DNA of 64,000 bases from an uncultured Actinomycetes bacterium. GTDB lineage: Bacteria; Actinomycetota; UBA4738; HRBIN12. A model generated the notes under the pieces. That model ran no database searches. It saw only the letters and a program-made list of their open reading frames with translations, and was not told the DNA's origin. Where the stretch lies: contig CAZXFA010000001.1 in assembly GCA_964640085.1 (NCBI GenBank), forward strand, positions 67,586 to 131,585, read 5' to 3'. The first letter of the stretch is position 1. Every line of letters starts with the position of its first letter. Of the stretch, positions 18,498 through 27,373 are shown one piece after another. A program made the position numbers and the translations under genes.

Positions 18498-19991
18498 TCA
18501 GGTGCCCAGGGCGGCCTCCAGGACCGCCCGCGCGATCGGTGCGGCCACCTGCCCCCCCGTCGCTTCGCTGCCAAGGCTACCGCCATCGAGCACGATCACG
18601 GCGACGGCGATCACCGGAGCCGGCGCCGGCGCGAAGCTCACGAACCACGCGTGGGGGTCCGCTCCCTCGCCGTGTTGGGCGGTTCCGGTCTTGCCGGCGA
18701 CCTGCACGCCTGAGATCCGGGCGGCCGTCCCGGTTCCGTTGTCGACGACCTCGACCATCATCCGCGTGAGCGCCTCGGCGTTCGTCGGCGAGAGGGGCGT
18801 GGAGAACTCCTCCGGTTCGAACTCGGCGATCACCCGGCCCGTGGGGTCGCGCATCTCGGTGACCAGGCGCGGTCGCATCTGCACGCCGCCGTTGCCGATC
18901 GCCGCCGCGACGAGCGCCATCTGGAGCGGGTTCGCGGCCACGTCCTGCTGCCCGATCGCCGAGAGCGCGATCGCTGGCGTCCGCTGCTCGAAGGTCTCGG
19001 GGGCCGGGAACACGCCCGAGACCCACGGGATGTCGAACGGCACCAGGTCCTGGCCCGGTTCCTCGGTGAAGCCGAACAGCCGGGCCTGCTGCGCGAGCGC
19101 GTCGGCCCCGAGCTCCAGCCCGATCTCGCCGAACGTGACGTTGCAGCTCACGCGGAGCGCGACGGCGAGCGTGATCTGGCTCGCGCCGCCGACGCAATGT
19201 GCGCCGCCGAAGTTCTCGAGCGTCTCGGTCGTGAGCGGCAGCTCGAGCTCGCGAGGGTTCGGCCAGGTGGACTCGGGGCCGAACCCGTTCTCGAGCGCTG
19301 CGGCAGCCGTGACGATCTTGAACGTCGAGCCCGGAGGGAACAGCTCGTCGCTCGCCCGAGAGACGAGCGGCTTGTCGGGGTCCGCGTTCAGCTCCTCCCA
19401 CGTCGGGCGGACCACCTGCGGATCGTGTGAGGAGAGCGGGCTCGGGTCGTACGTCGGCTCGGCCACCAGCGCGAGGACGTCACCGGTCGACGGGTCGACG
19501 GCCGCGATCGCGACGTCGCCCGGCTCGGCCGCCGCGGCTTCCTCGGCGGCGGCCTGTAGATCGGGGTCGATCGTGGTGACGATCGTGGCGCCCTGCTTGT
19601 CGCGGCCGAGGACGAGATCGGTGAGCGTCTGCGGGAGGAGCTCGGCCGCATCGCCGGCCAGGTAGTCGTTGTAGGCCGCCTCGAGCTCGGTCCGGCCGAA
19701 GACGAAGGAGTAGAAGCCGGTGATGTGCGCGTACCGCGGCCCCTGCGGGTACCGGCGCTGGTACCGGAGCTCGCCGGCGCTGCGACGGCTCGAGGCCAGC
19801 ACGGTGGTCCCGTCGCGGGCCAGGATGCTGCCGCGGTCCACCTCGTACTCGGCGATCAGCTGACGTTTCGCGTTGGCGGGGTCGTTCGCGATCCGATCGG
19901 CGGCGAAGACCTGGAGGTAGTTGATCTGCGTGAACAGCGCGAGGAACAGGATCAGCAGCGCGGCGCCGAGGCGACGGATCTGGCGGTCCAC
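18498..19991 (-). CDS. pbpA: class B penicillin-binding protein (transpeptidase)
   Basis: N-terminal TM, then STFK, SCN and KTGT motifs. 497 aa. Confidence 0.9.
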   Translation of the reverse strand: MDRQIRRLGAALLILFLALFTQINYLQVFAADRIANDPANAKRQLIAEYEVDRGSILARDGTTVLASSRRSAGELRYQRRYPQGPRYAHITGFYSFVFGRTELEAAYNDYLAGDAAELLPQTLTDLVLGRDKQGATIVTTIDPDLQAAAEEAAAAEPGDVAIAAVDPSTGDVLALVAEPTYDPSPLSSHDPQVVRPTWEELNADPDKPLVSRASDELFPPGSTFKIVTAAAALENGFGPESTWPNPRELELPLTTETLENFGGAHCVGGASQITLAVALRVSCNVTFGEIGLELGADALAQQARLFGFTEEPGQDLVPFDIPWVSGVFPAPETFEQRTPAIALSAIGQQDVAANPLQMALVAAAIGNGGVQMRPRLVTEMRDPTGRVIAEFEPEEFSTPLSPTNAEALTRMMVEVVDNGTGTAARISGVQVAGKTGTAQHGEGADPHAWFVSFAPAPAPVIAVAVIVLDGGSLGSEATGGQVAAPIARAVLEAALGT

Positions 19992-19992
19992 C

Positions 19993-21312
19993 TCAGCCCA
20001 CCCCCCGCACCTCGACCGGGCCGGAGGAGAGCCGGACGAGGAGCGCGAGTAGGACGAAGTTGGAGACCAGGCTCGAGCCGCCGTACGACATGAACGGGAG
20101 CGTCACGCCCGTGAGGGGGATGAGCCGGGTGACGCCTCCCACGATCACGAACGCCTGGAGGGCGACGATCGTGGCGAGCCCCGTCGCGAGCAGCGCCCCG
20201 AACCCGTCGGTCGGGGCGAGCGCGCGTCCGATCCGCAGCCCCTTGCCGATCAGCACCACGAACAGGAGCAGCACCGCGGTGGTGCCGAGCAGTCCGAGCT
20301 CCTCCCCGATCGCCGCGAAGATGAAGTCCGTCGGGGCGAACGGGATCAGGCCCGGCGAGCCCTGCCCCAGCCCCGTCCCGACCAGCCCGCCCGTCGCCAT
20401 CGCGAACTGCGCCTGCGCGAGCTGGCCGTAGCCCTGCTCGAAGACGTTCGCGGGATCGAGGGCGTTCAGCCAGACGTCCACCCGGAGCTGCACGTGGTCG
20501 AAGAGCGCCCACCCCGCGTACGCCCCGGCGGCGAACAGGAGAAGCCCGATCACGAGGTAAGCGGCTCTGCCGGTCGCCACCCAGATCATCACCACGAAGA
20601 TCCCGAAGTAGAGGAGCGAGGCGCCGAGGTCGCGCTGGAAGAACAGGATCGCGAGCGAGGCGCCCCAGGCGAGCAGCACGGGCCCGAGGTGCTTGGCCGA
20701 CGGGAGCCGGAGGGGGCCGAGGCGGGTGGTGGCGACCCGGAGCAGCTCGCGCTTCTGGTCCAGGTACGAGGCCAGGAAGACGACGATGAGCACCTTCCCG
20801 ATCTCGGCGGGCTGGAACCCGAGGGGACCGATCTCGACCCACAGGCGGGCCCCGTTGATCGTCTGCCCGATGCCGGGGACCATCGGCAGGAGCAGCAGCA
20901 CGAGGCCGAGCAGCCCGATCGTGTAGGTGTAGGCGTCGAGCATCCGGTGGTCGCGCACCACGACCAGGGTGGCGGCGAACGCGAACAGTCCCACCACGAT
21001 CCACGTTGCCTGCTCGGCGGCCAGGCCGCCCGAGAGGCGGAAGATCATCGCGAAGCCCAGCCCCACCAGGACCCCCGCGGTCGGGAACAGCGCGGGGTCC
21101 GCGTTCGGCGCGAACCGGCGGATCACAACCAGCGCGGCGAGGTACCCGAGCGTGAAGATGGTGGCGTACAGGCCGAACGTGGCCGGCAGCCGATCACGCT
21201 TGCCGTACCCCGCGATCACGTAGGCCCCGACGGCTAGGATCAGCGCGAGAACCGTGAACGCGATCGCGGGCAGCAGCGGAGCCCGGTCGGTACGGGCGGC
21301 GGTCCGGCTCAC
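19993..21312 (-). CDS. rodA: SEDS-family peptidoglycan glycosyltransferase (FtsW/RodA)
   Basis: Polytopic membrane protein with ...LPFMSYGGSSL... near the C-terminus. One-nt gap to pbpA, 4-nt overlap with pstP. Confidence 0.9.
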   Translation of the reverse strand: MSRTAARTDRAPLLPAIAFTVLALILAVGAYVIAGYGKRDRLPATFGLYATIFTLGYLAALVVIRRFAPNADPALFPTAGVLVGLGFAMIFRLSGGLAAEQATWIVVGLFAFAATLVVVRDHRMLDAYTYTIGLLGLVLLLLPMVPGIGQTINGARLWVEIGPLGFQPAEIGKVLIVVFLASYLDQKRELLRVATTRLGPLRLPSAKHLGPVLLAWGASLAILFFQRDLGASLLYFGIFVVMIWVATGRAAYLVIGLLLFAAGAYAGWALFDHVQLRVDVWLNALDPANVFEQGYGQLAQAQFAMATGGLVGTGLGQGSPGLIPFAPTDFIFAAIGEELGLLGTTAVLLLFVVLIGKGLRIGRALAPTDGFGALLATGLATIVALQAFVIVGGVTRLIPLTGVTLPFMSYGGSSLVSNFVLLALLVRLSSGPVEVRGVG

Positions 21313-22436
21313 GAGCCTCCCGCCGCGGCGCGGGCCACGTCAACCCTGATGCGCTCCACGATCTCCTCGGCATCCTGTCGGTCGGCGGCGGTGATGCCCT
21401 CGTCCAGGTCGCGGTAGATCTCCAGGGCCATCGCCTCCTCCGCGTCGACCGGCGTCTCGACCACGACCGAGTGCAGCTCGATGCCGGCGACCTCGGCCGG
21501 CACCCCGCGGAAGATCGCGACCTGCCCGTCGGACACGCCCACGTACCACTGCGAATCGAGGAACAGCCGCACCCCGACGAGCCCCACCAGGATGGTCGCG
21601 ACCACGATCCCGACGGTGATCGCCAGCCGGATGCGGTTGCGGGCTCGGGCGGGCGGCCGCGGCACGGCCCCCGGCTCCGGGGGCGTCGGGGGTGCCCACC
21701 CAACCGTGGTCGCGGTCGATGGCGGGTCGTCCCCCGTGCTCTCCTCGAGGTCCAGGATCACCACCGTGATGTTGTCCACGCCGCCGGCCGCGTTCGCCTC
21801 GTTCACGAGACGATCGGCCGCCTCCTGGGGATCGGCGATCTGCCCCAGGATGTCCCGGATCCTCGCCTCCGGGAGCATGCCCGTCAGGCCGTCCGTGCAC
21901 AAGAGCAGCCGGTCGCCTCCACCTACCTCGACGACCGCCTCGTCCACGCGGACGGCCGGGTCGACCCCCAGCGCGCGCGTCAGGATGCTCCGGTGCGGAT
22001 GCGTCTCCGCCTCCGTCTCGGTGATCTCGCCTTCCTCCACCATCCGATGCACGAGCGTGTGATCCTCTGTGAGCCGTCGGAGACGTGCGCCTCGGAACAG
22101 GTAGGCCCTGGAGTCACCGACGTGGGCCACGCGGACGTGAGTCCCCTCGAACAGCGCGGCGGTGAGGGTGGTGCCCATGCCGGCGACCTCGCGGTCGAGC
22201 TGCGAGCGCTCGAACACCGCACGGTTGGCCCGCTCCACCTGCTCAGCGAGCGTCCCTGTGCGTTCCTCGAACAGGCGCTGGATCGTCTCGAGCGCTACGC
22301 GTGAGGCGACCTCGCCCCCACGGTGGCCACCCATCCCGTCCGCCACGGCGAACAGGGGCTCCTCCACCAGGAGGGAGTCCTCGTTCCCCTCCCGCACCCG
22401 TCCGATGTCGGAGGTCGCGCCGATCCGGATCCTCAC
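21309..22436 (-). CDS. pstP: PP2C-family Ser/Thr phosphatase
   Basis: ...ATSDIGRVREGNEDS...VADGMGGH...; C-terminal TM and extracellular tail. Confidence 0.9.
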   Translation of the reverse strand: MRIRIGATSDIGRVREGNEDSLLVEEPLFAVADGMGGHRGGEVASRVALETIQRLFEERTGTLAEQVERANRAVFERSQLDREVAGMGTTLTAALFEGTHVRVAHVGDSRAYLFRGARLRRLTEDHTLVHRMVEEGEITETEAETHPHRSILTRALGVDPAVRVDEAVVEVGGGDRLLLCTDGLTGMLPEARIRDILGQIADPQEAADRLVNEANAAGGVDNITVVILDLEESTGDDPPSTATTVGWAPPTPPEPGAVPRPPARARNRIRLAITVGIVVATILVGLVGVRLFLDSQWYVGVSDGQVAIFRGVPAEVAGIELHSVVVETPVDAEEAMALEIYRDLDEGITAADRQDAEEIVERIRVDVARAAAGGS

Positions 22437-22888
22437 CGGCGGAGCTCCAGCAGGGTCTTTCCCACGCGCACGACGTCGCCCGCGTGCACCTCGACGGGCG
22501 AGGCGACCCGTCGGTCGTTCAGGAACGTTCCGTTCGTCGAGCCCATGTCCTCCACGAACCAGCCCCCGTCTCGTCCGACCAGGCGCGCGTGCACCTGGGA
22601 GACGTACGTGTCGGAGAGGCGGATCGTGCAGGACGCGCCCCGGCCGATCTCGACCGATCCGGAAAGGCGGACCGAACGCGGCGGATGTCCGTCGGGCTCG
22701 TGCACCAGGACCTGCGTCGGAGGCTTGCCCTTGGAGGGGGCGGCCGCGGCGGCCGAACGCCCTGTTGCCCGCTCCGCTCGGCGCCGACCGACCACGTCGA
22801 CCGCGACCGAGCGCACCGCGCGGAAGACGAAGAAGTACAGGAGGACCAGCAACGCGTACTTGAGGACCGAGAGCGCGAACGGAGACAC
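22433..22888 (-). CDS. fhaB: FHA-domain protein FhaB/FipA-like
   Basis: N-terminal TM helix, C-terminal FHA domain (...GRGASCTIRLSDTYVSQVHARL...STNGTFLNDRRV...). Confidence 0.85.
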   Translation of the reverse strand: MSPFALSVLKYALLVLLYFFVFRAVRSVAVDVVGRRRAERATGRSAAAAAPSKGKPPTQVLVHEPDGHPPRSVRLSGSVEIGRGASCTIRLSDTYVSQVHARLVGRDGGWFVEDMGSTNGTFLNDRRVASPVEVHAGDVVRVGKTLLELRR

Positions 22889-22889
22889 C

Positions 22890-23576
22890 TCAACCCCTCC
22901 GGAACTCGAGCAGGGTCTCGCCGATCGTGATCCGGTCGCCGTCGTCCAGGATCCGCTCCTGCACCGCCTCGTCGTTCACGAGGGTGCCGTTGGTCGATCC
23001 GAGGTCGGTGAGGACGTACTCGCCGTCCGCGTGTCGGATCCGGGCGTGCTGACGCGAGGCGCCGGGATCGCTTACCACGATGTCGCACTCGGGCAGGCGG
23101 CCGAGGGTGATCGGGCCCGTGCCCAGTCGGAACGTCCGTGCGTCGCCCTCGCGCTCGTACAGCGTCAGGCTCGCGGCCTCAGAAGGCTGCGGCGCGAGCT
23201 CCTCCTCCCCCTCGACGAAGGAGGCCTCGCAGGTGAAACGCCCTTTCGACAGGTCCTGGTCGATCAGGAGCTCGACCTCCGGCGGCCCGACCAGGCCCCA
23301 GCCGCGCTCGGTCGCGGTCTCGCGGACCACGCGCTTGAGCTCCGCCGCCAACGCGTGCTCGGCCTGCTCGAACCGTTGCCCGTCGTGCTCGGAGACCGAC
23401 AGCACGTACCGGTTCGGCGCCCAGACCTCCCGGACGCCCACCGTCCGGTTCGCCTCCATCTCGCGCATCACGCGCTTGGCGAGCTCGACCGGTTGCAGGC
23501 CGGACCGGAACGTGGTCGCGAAGAAGCCCTCGACCAGGTTCCCGAGGCGGCGCTCGAAGTCACGGAGGATCGGCAC
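22890..23576 (-). CDS. fhaA: FHA-domain protein FhaA-like (DUF3662 + FHA)
   Basis: N-terminal DUF3662-like region (MPILRDFERRLGNLVEGFF...) and C-terminal FHA (...GRLPECDIVVSDPGASRQHARI...STNGTLVN...). Confidence 0.85.
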   Translation of the reverse strand: MPILRDFERRLGNLVEGFFATTFRSGLQPVELAKRVMREMEANRTVGVREVWAPNRYVLSVSEHDGQRFEQAEHALAAELKRVVRETATERGWGLVGPPEVELLIDQDLSKGRFTCEASFVEGEEELAPQPSEAASLTLYEREGDARTFRLGTGPITLGRLPECDIVVSDPGASRQHARIRHADGEYVLTDLGSTNGTLVNDEAVQERILDDGDRITIGETLLEFRRG

Positions 23577-23692
23577 GTCGAGATGCGTTCGCGCAGCTAG
23601 CAGCCGTCGTTGCCGCTATCCTACCGGTCCGCCGTGCCTCGCACGCGCCTGGCGGGTCGGCCGGGAGGCGCTGCTACGATGTGTGACCCCAC

Positions 23693-23779
<87 letters not shown>

Positions 23780-23801
23780 CGCAGCCATTCCACCCGATCG
23801 A

Positions 23802-23859
23802 CCGATCGCGCTGGAGCGTGTCGCGCCCCCGCGAGCATCGCGAGCCCCAGCGCGATCGG
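23802..23859. terminator. long hairpin (13-bp perfect inverted repeat CCGATCGCGCTGG / CCAGCGCGATCGG, 32-nt loop) between the convergent tRNA-Leu and nirK 3' ends
   Basis: Perfect inverted repeat read directly from the sequence. There is no U-tract, so if it acts as a terminator it would be a bidirectional, I-shaped type. Confidence 0.35.
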
Positions 23860-23890
23860 GAGCAGGATCTGCGTGCCGTCGTCGGGATCG

Positions 23891-25276
23891 CTAGTGGGCG
23901 GTGCCCGGCAGCACGGTGATCGTGCCCTCCATGCCCGCCTCCCGGTGTCCCGGGATCGAGCAGTAGAAGGTGTACGTGCCCGGGATGGCTTCGAACGTCC
24001 CCTCCACGGTCTCGTTCGCGCCCATCACCAGCTGGACATCGAGCTCATCGATCGTGAAGTCGTGCTCGAACGCGTCCTGGTTGGCGATCGCGAGCGTGAC
24101 CTCCCCCTCGGCGACCTCCAGGTCGCCGGGCGAGAACCCCGTGATCGTGGCATCGACCGACACCGGCCCCTCCTGCGCGCCGCCGTCGTCCGATCCGCCC
24201 TCGACCACCGCAGGGGTGGCGCCGTACCGGAGCACACCCGCGGTGAACGGATCACCGAACACCGGGTAGGTCGCCGGGGCGGCCTGCGCATCCGCCGCCA
24301 CCTGGAGCACGCCCACCGCGCCGAGCCCCGTGTACGCGAACGAATGCGTGACGAACGGGTACAGCCCCTCGTCGGGGATCCTGAGCTCGAACATCGTGCC
24401 TCCGCCCGGCGGGACGTTGTAGGTCTGGACTCCGTTCAGGGCGTTGGTCGGGTTCCCGTCCGCGTAGACGTGGTCGAACAGCGCGCCGATCACGTGGAAC
24501 GCGTTCGTGAGGGTCGGGCCCGCGTTCATCACCCAGATCCGGATCAGCTCGTTCGGGCGCGCCTGGAGGGGTGCGTCCAGGTACCGGTTCGCCATCCCGT
24601 CGAACACGACGTGCGTCGGATCGGCGGCCTCCATCTTGGCCACATCACCCGTGTACAGGGCGTCGGGTCCCGGCTCGTCGCTGGCGTAGAACTCGCTCGA
24701 CGTGAGCACGAACTCCCGGGCCGGCTCCAGGCCCTCGGGCTCGACGATGATCGCCCCGTACATGCCGTTCGCGATGTGATGCAGCACGGGGGGGACCCCG
24801 CAGTGGTACATGAACACGCCGGGGAACCTCGCGACCCAGTCGAACGTGAGCGTCTCGCCGGGGGCCACGGGCTGGTAGTTCACGTTCCACGGCGTCTGGG
24901 CCGCGTGGAAGTCGATCGAATGCGACAGGCCGAGACCCGACTCGTTCGTGAGGGTGAAGCGGACCGTGTCTCCGAGCTTCACCCGGATCACCGGACCCGG
25001 GGCCGTCCCGTTGAACGTCCACACCTGGTAGTCGACGCCATCGGCCAGGGTCTGGGTCGTCTCCCCGGCCACCAGATCGACCTCGACGATGTTCCCCGTC
25101 CCCTCGCCTTCCAGCCGGAAGGCCTCGGCGACGTCGGGAACCTCTGGGCTGGTGGTAGCTCCCTCGTCGCCACCCCGGGCGATCGGTCGAACCCAGGTCA
25201 GCCCCACGATCAGCAGCGCGACCTGGATCATCGCTCCCACCGCAAGCACCCTGCGCATCGTCCCCACCCTTTCCAT
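23891..25276 (-). CDS. nirK: copper-containing nitrite reductase with a C-terminal cupredoxin extension (three-domain NirK)
   Basis: N-terminal signal/TM segment. SHSIDFHAAQ and MYHCGVPPVLHHIANGMYGAIIVEP carry the type-1/type-2 Cu ligand pattern of NirK. The C-terminal ~100 aa (...YTFYCSIPGHREAGMEGTITV) is a plastocyanin/azurin-like Cys-His-Met domain. An alternative start lies at ATG 25258. Confidence 0.85.
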   Translation of the reverse strand: MERVGTMRRVLAVGAMIQVALLIVGLTWVRPIARGGDEGATTSPEVPDVAEAFRLEGEGTGNIVEVDLVAGETTQTLADGVDYQVWTFNGTAPGPVIRVKLGDTVRFTLTNESGLGLSHSIDFHAAQTPWNVNYQPVAPGETLTFDWVARFPGVFMYHCGVPPVLHHIANGMYGAIIVEPEGLEPAREFVLTSSEFYASDEPGPDALYTGDVAKMEAADPTHVVFDGMANRYLDAPLQARPNELIRIWVMNAGPTLTNAFHVIGALFDHVYADGNPTNALNGVQTYNVPPGGGTMFELRIPDEGLYPFVTHSFAYTGLGAVGVLQVAADAQAAPATYPVFGDPFTAGVLRYGATPAVVEGGSDDGGAQEGPVSVDATITGFSPGDLEVAEGEVTLAIANQDAFEHDFTIDELDVQLVMGANETVEGTFEAIPGTYTFYCSIPGHREAGMEGTITVLPGTAH

Positions 25277-25555
25277 AAGTTCGGCACTAAACGTTCGGGT
25301 TAGTCTGGCCGGGTTGGCAGGTGCGGCAAGGGGCCGGAGGTCCCGGTCGCACAGGGCCGACCGGCCTTGGTGCGTTCGTCAGGGCCGACGGGGTTCGAAG
25401 CGGCGGAGGAGATCGGACGGGTTGGGGCGGACGGGCCGACGGAGGAGAGGTGCGCCGGCCCGTCCGCGTCGCCCTCCCGGTGGGGCAGGAGGTAGAAATG
25501 TACAGTAATCTACTCAACGTCAGGTGGCAAGCCCAACGTAGGGTAGACTCCCCTC
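25277..25555. promoter_or_regulatory. divergent nirK / nsrR control region with an AT-rich inverted-repeat element (GTAGAAATGTACAGTAATCTAC, 25492..25513)
   Basis: 279-nt intergenic region between divergent starts. An unusually AT-rich 25-30 nt island in a 72% GC background, with GTAGA...TCTAC arms and a central TGTACA, sits ~40 nt upstream of the nsrR GTG. A second AT-richer patch (TTCGGCACTAAACGTTCGGGTTAGTCT) abuts the nirK start. Confidence 0.4.
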
Positions 25556-26053
25556 GTGGACCTGACCCTCACCCGCCGGGGCGACTACGTGGTCCGAGCG
25601 GCGATCAGCCTCGCGGCCGCCTGGGACGGGAACGGCGCCTACCGGAAGATCCGGGAGATCGCCGGCGAGATGCGCCTGCCTCCGAGCTACACGCCGCAGC
25701 TCCTCGGCGTGCTGGCCAAGGCCAGGCTGGCCGAGGCCAAGGCGGGTCGGGACGGCGGGTACCGGCTGACCCGGCATCCCGACGAGATCTCCCTCCTGCA
25801 GGTGATCGAGGCGGCTGAAGGGGACCTGGTCTCCAGGCGCTGTCCCCTCCGGGGCGGCCCCTGCCGGTGGGACGACGTGTGCGCCCTCCACCCCACCTGG
25901 AGCAAGGCCTCCGAGGCGATCCGCGCGACCCTGGCCGGAACCTCGTTGCTGGAGGTCGCGCGGGTCGATCGCCACCTCGGGGAGGGTGGGAAGATCCCCC
26001 TGCCGCCGGCCGGGCACCGGCGAACCCCCCACCGCCACCGCCCCCGTCGCTGA
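25556..26053 (+). CDS. nsrR: Rrf2-family transcriptional regulator, NsrR-like (three-Cys [Fe-S] ligand motif)
   Basis: N-terminal Rrf2 wHTH (...LTRRGDYVVRAAISLA...), then CPLRGGPCRWDDVC, matching the C-x5-6-C-x5-C cluster-ligand spacing of NsrR/IscR-type regulators. Divergent to nirK. Confidence 0.8.
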   Translation: MDLTLTRRGDYVVRAAISLAAAWDGNGAYRKIREIAGEMRLPPSYTPQLLGVLAKARLAEAKAGRDGGYRLTRHPDEISLLQVIEAAEGDLVSRRCPLRGGPCRWDDVCALHPTWSKASEAIRATLAGTSLLEVARVDRHLGEGGKIPLPPAGHRRTPHRHRPRR

Positions 26054-26150
26054 TCGGGGCGGTCAGGCCGAACGGCACCTCCCGGCCGGGGCGTCCGGCC
26101 CTCTCCTCCCGCCCCCGACGGCGGTACCAAGGGACGAGGAGGCGAGACGG

Positions 26151-26420
26151 ATGGCTGGATGGCAGGGCTTCCAGCAGTGCCCGGGCTGTGGCCTGGACCT
26201 GCTCACGGGTGAGGGGGTCCGGGGGTGCGCCTGGGGCGACTGCCCCTACCTCCCGGACGATCTGCGCATGACCTGTGACTACTGCATGTTCAACTTCCTC
26301 ACGATGGAGGGCAATCCTCCCTGCGACGCCCCGATGACCTGCGATCACGCGAAGGAGCCGCTGGCGCACGTGGAGAACCTGCGTCGGTGGGCGGCCGAGC
26401 AGGGTCGCGTAGTCCCCTAG
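26151..26420 (+). CDS. small Cys-rich protein (89 aa, 9 Cys; hypothetical metal/redox protein)
   Basis: ATG 26151, preceded by GAGGAGG at -14..-8. Product MAGWQGFQQCPGCGLDLLTGEGVRGCAWGDCPYLPDDLRMTCDYCMFNFLTMEGNPPCDAPMTCDH.... In the frame of track ORF 25986..26420. Same strand as nsrR, 97 nt downstream. Confidence 0.5.
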   Translation: MAGWQGFQQCPGCGLDLLTGEGVRGCAWGDCPYLPDDLRMTCDYCMFNFLTMEGNPPCDAPMTCDHAKEPLAHVENLRRWAAEQGRVVP

Positions 26421-26449
26421 GGGTCGAGCGGGGGGACGCGTTCGCGGGA

Positions 26450-27259
26450 TCAGCCCGCCTCGCTCGGATCCGATGGCTCCGACGCGCCTCCGAGGAGCCG
26501 CAGGTCGGGTAGCTCGAGCGGATCGCCCGGACGGGAGCTGGGAGCGACCTCCTGTCCGACGAGCAGGCGGAGGAGGTCCGGGAGATCCACCCGACGTCTC
26601 CCCGTGCCGTACCCGACGGCCTCCAGCCGCATCGTCGGCAGCTCCCCGAAGCCCTCGACGGTCGCGGCCAGGATCGCCGCGCCGGTCGCGGTGGTGAGCT
26701 CGGCGGCCACCCCGCGCGAGAACAGGGGGGCGCCGCGCAGGAGCTCCAGGACGGTCGGGGAGGGGATCGGCATCGCCCCGTGCTCGGTCCGCGCCAGCCC
26801 GAGACCCGTCGGCACCGCGGAGGAGAACACCCGGTCCACACCCAACGTCGTCAAGCCGATGGCGGTGCCGACGACCGCCACGACGGCGTCGACGCCGGCG
26901 GCCGCCGGGAAGGTCACGGCCTCCAGCTCGCGACGATGGACGCGGGCTTCCGCCTCCGCCAGGCGTCGGAAGATGCGGTGCGCTAGCAGCAGCGCGTCCT
27001 CGGGGAGGTCCCCCGCGTCCAGCAACGCCCGCACGCTCCGGTAGGTCCTGATCACGCCCACCGCCGAGGTGCGCACATCGACCAGGGTGGCGCGGATCCC
27101 CTGCTCCTCGACCCCGGTCACGTCGAGCTCGAACGGGCCGAGCGGGAGCGAGGACAGATGGGTCCGGATCGTGTCGGGGTCCGCGCCGACATCGATCAGG
27201 GCCGCGAGCGCGGTGTCGCCGGTGATGCCGGCGATGCAGTCGAAGTAGGCCACGCGCAT
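26450..27259 (-). CDS. LarC N-terminal-domain (DUF111/LarC1)-like protein, 269 aa, lacking the LarC2 C-terminal domain
   Basis: MRVAYFDCIAGITGDTALAALIDVGAD... matches the LarC/DUF111 N-terminal signature (M.ILY.DCFSGISGDM.LGAL.D.G). The protein ends in an acidic Pro-rich tail after ~270 aa. The track ORF 26450..27829 extends upstream but overlaps a better-supported plus-strand gene. Confidence 0.55.
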   Translation of the reverse strand: MRVAYFDCIAGITGDTALAALIDVGADPDTIRTHLSSLPLGPFELDVTGVEEQGIRATLVDVRTSAVGVIRTYRSVRALLDAGDLPEDALLLAHRIFRRLAEAEARVHRRELEAVTFPAAAGVDAVVAVVGTAIGLTTLGVDRVFSSAVPTGLGLARTEHGAMPIPSPTVLELLRGAPLFSRGVAAELTTATGAAILAATVEGFGELPTMRLEAVGYGTGRRRVDLPDLLRLLVGQEVAPSSRPGDPLELPDLRLLGGASEPSDPSEAG

Positions 27260-27373
27260 CCGGCAGGCCTCACCCGCGGTTCGTTCGACCGCGCGGTGCT
27301 CGATCGTATATATACTTCCGCCCTCTCGGGAAGCTGCCGGCCGGCGACCCTCGAATCGACGCCTGGGGACCGG
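27260..27373. promoter_or_regulatory. divergent intergenic region with a TATATATA element (27306..27313)
   Basis: 114-nt spacer between the divergent LarC1-like and DUF4446-like starts. It contains the only (TA)4 run in the vicinity (GATCGTATATATACTTCC), plausibly a -10-like element. Confidence 0.3.
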
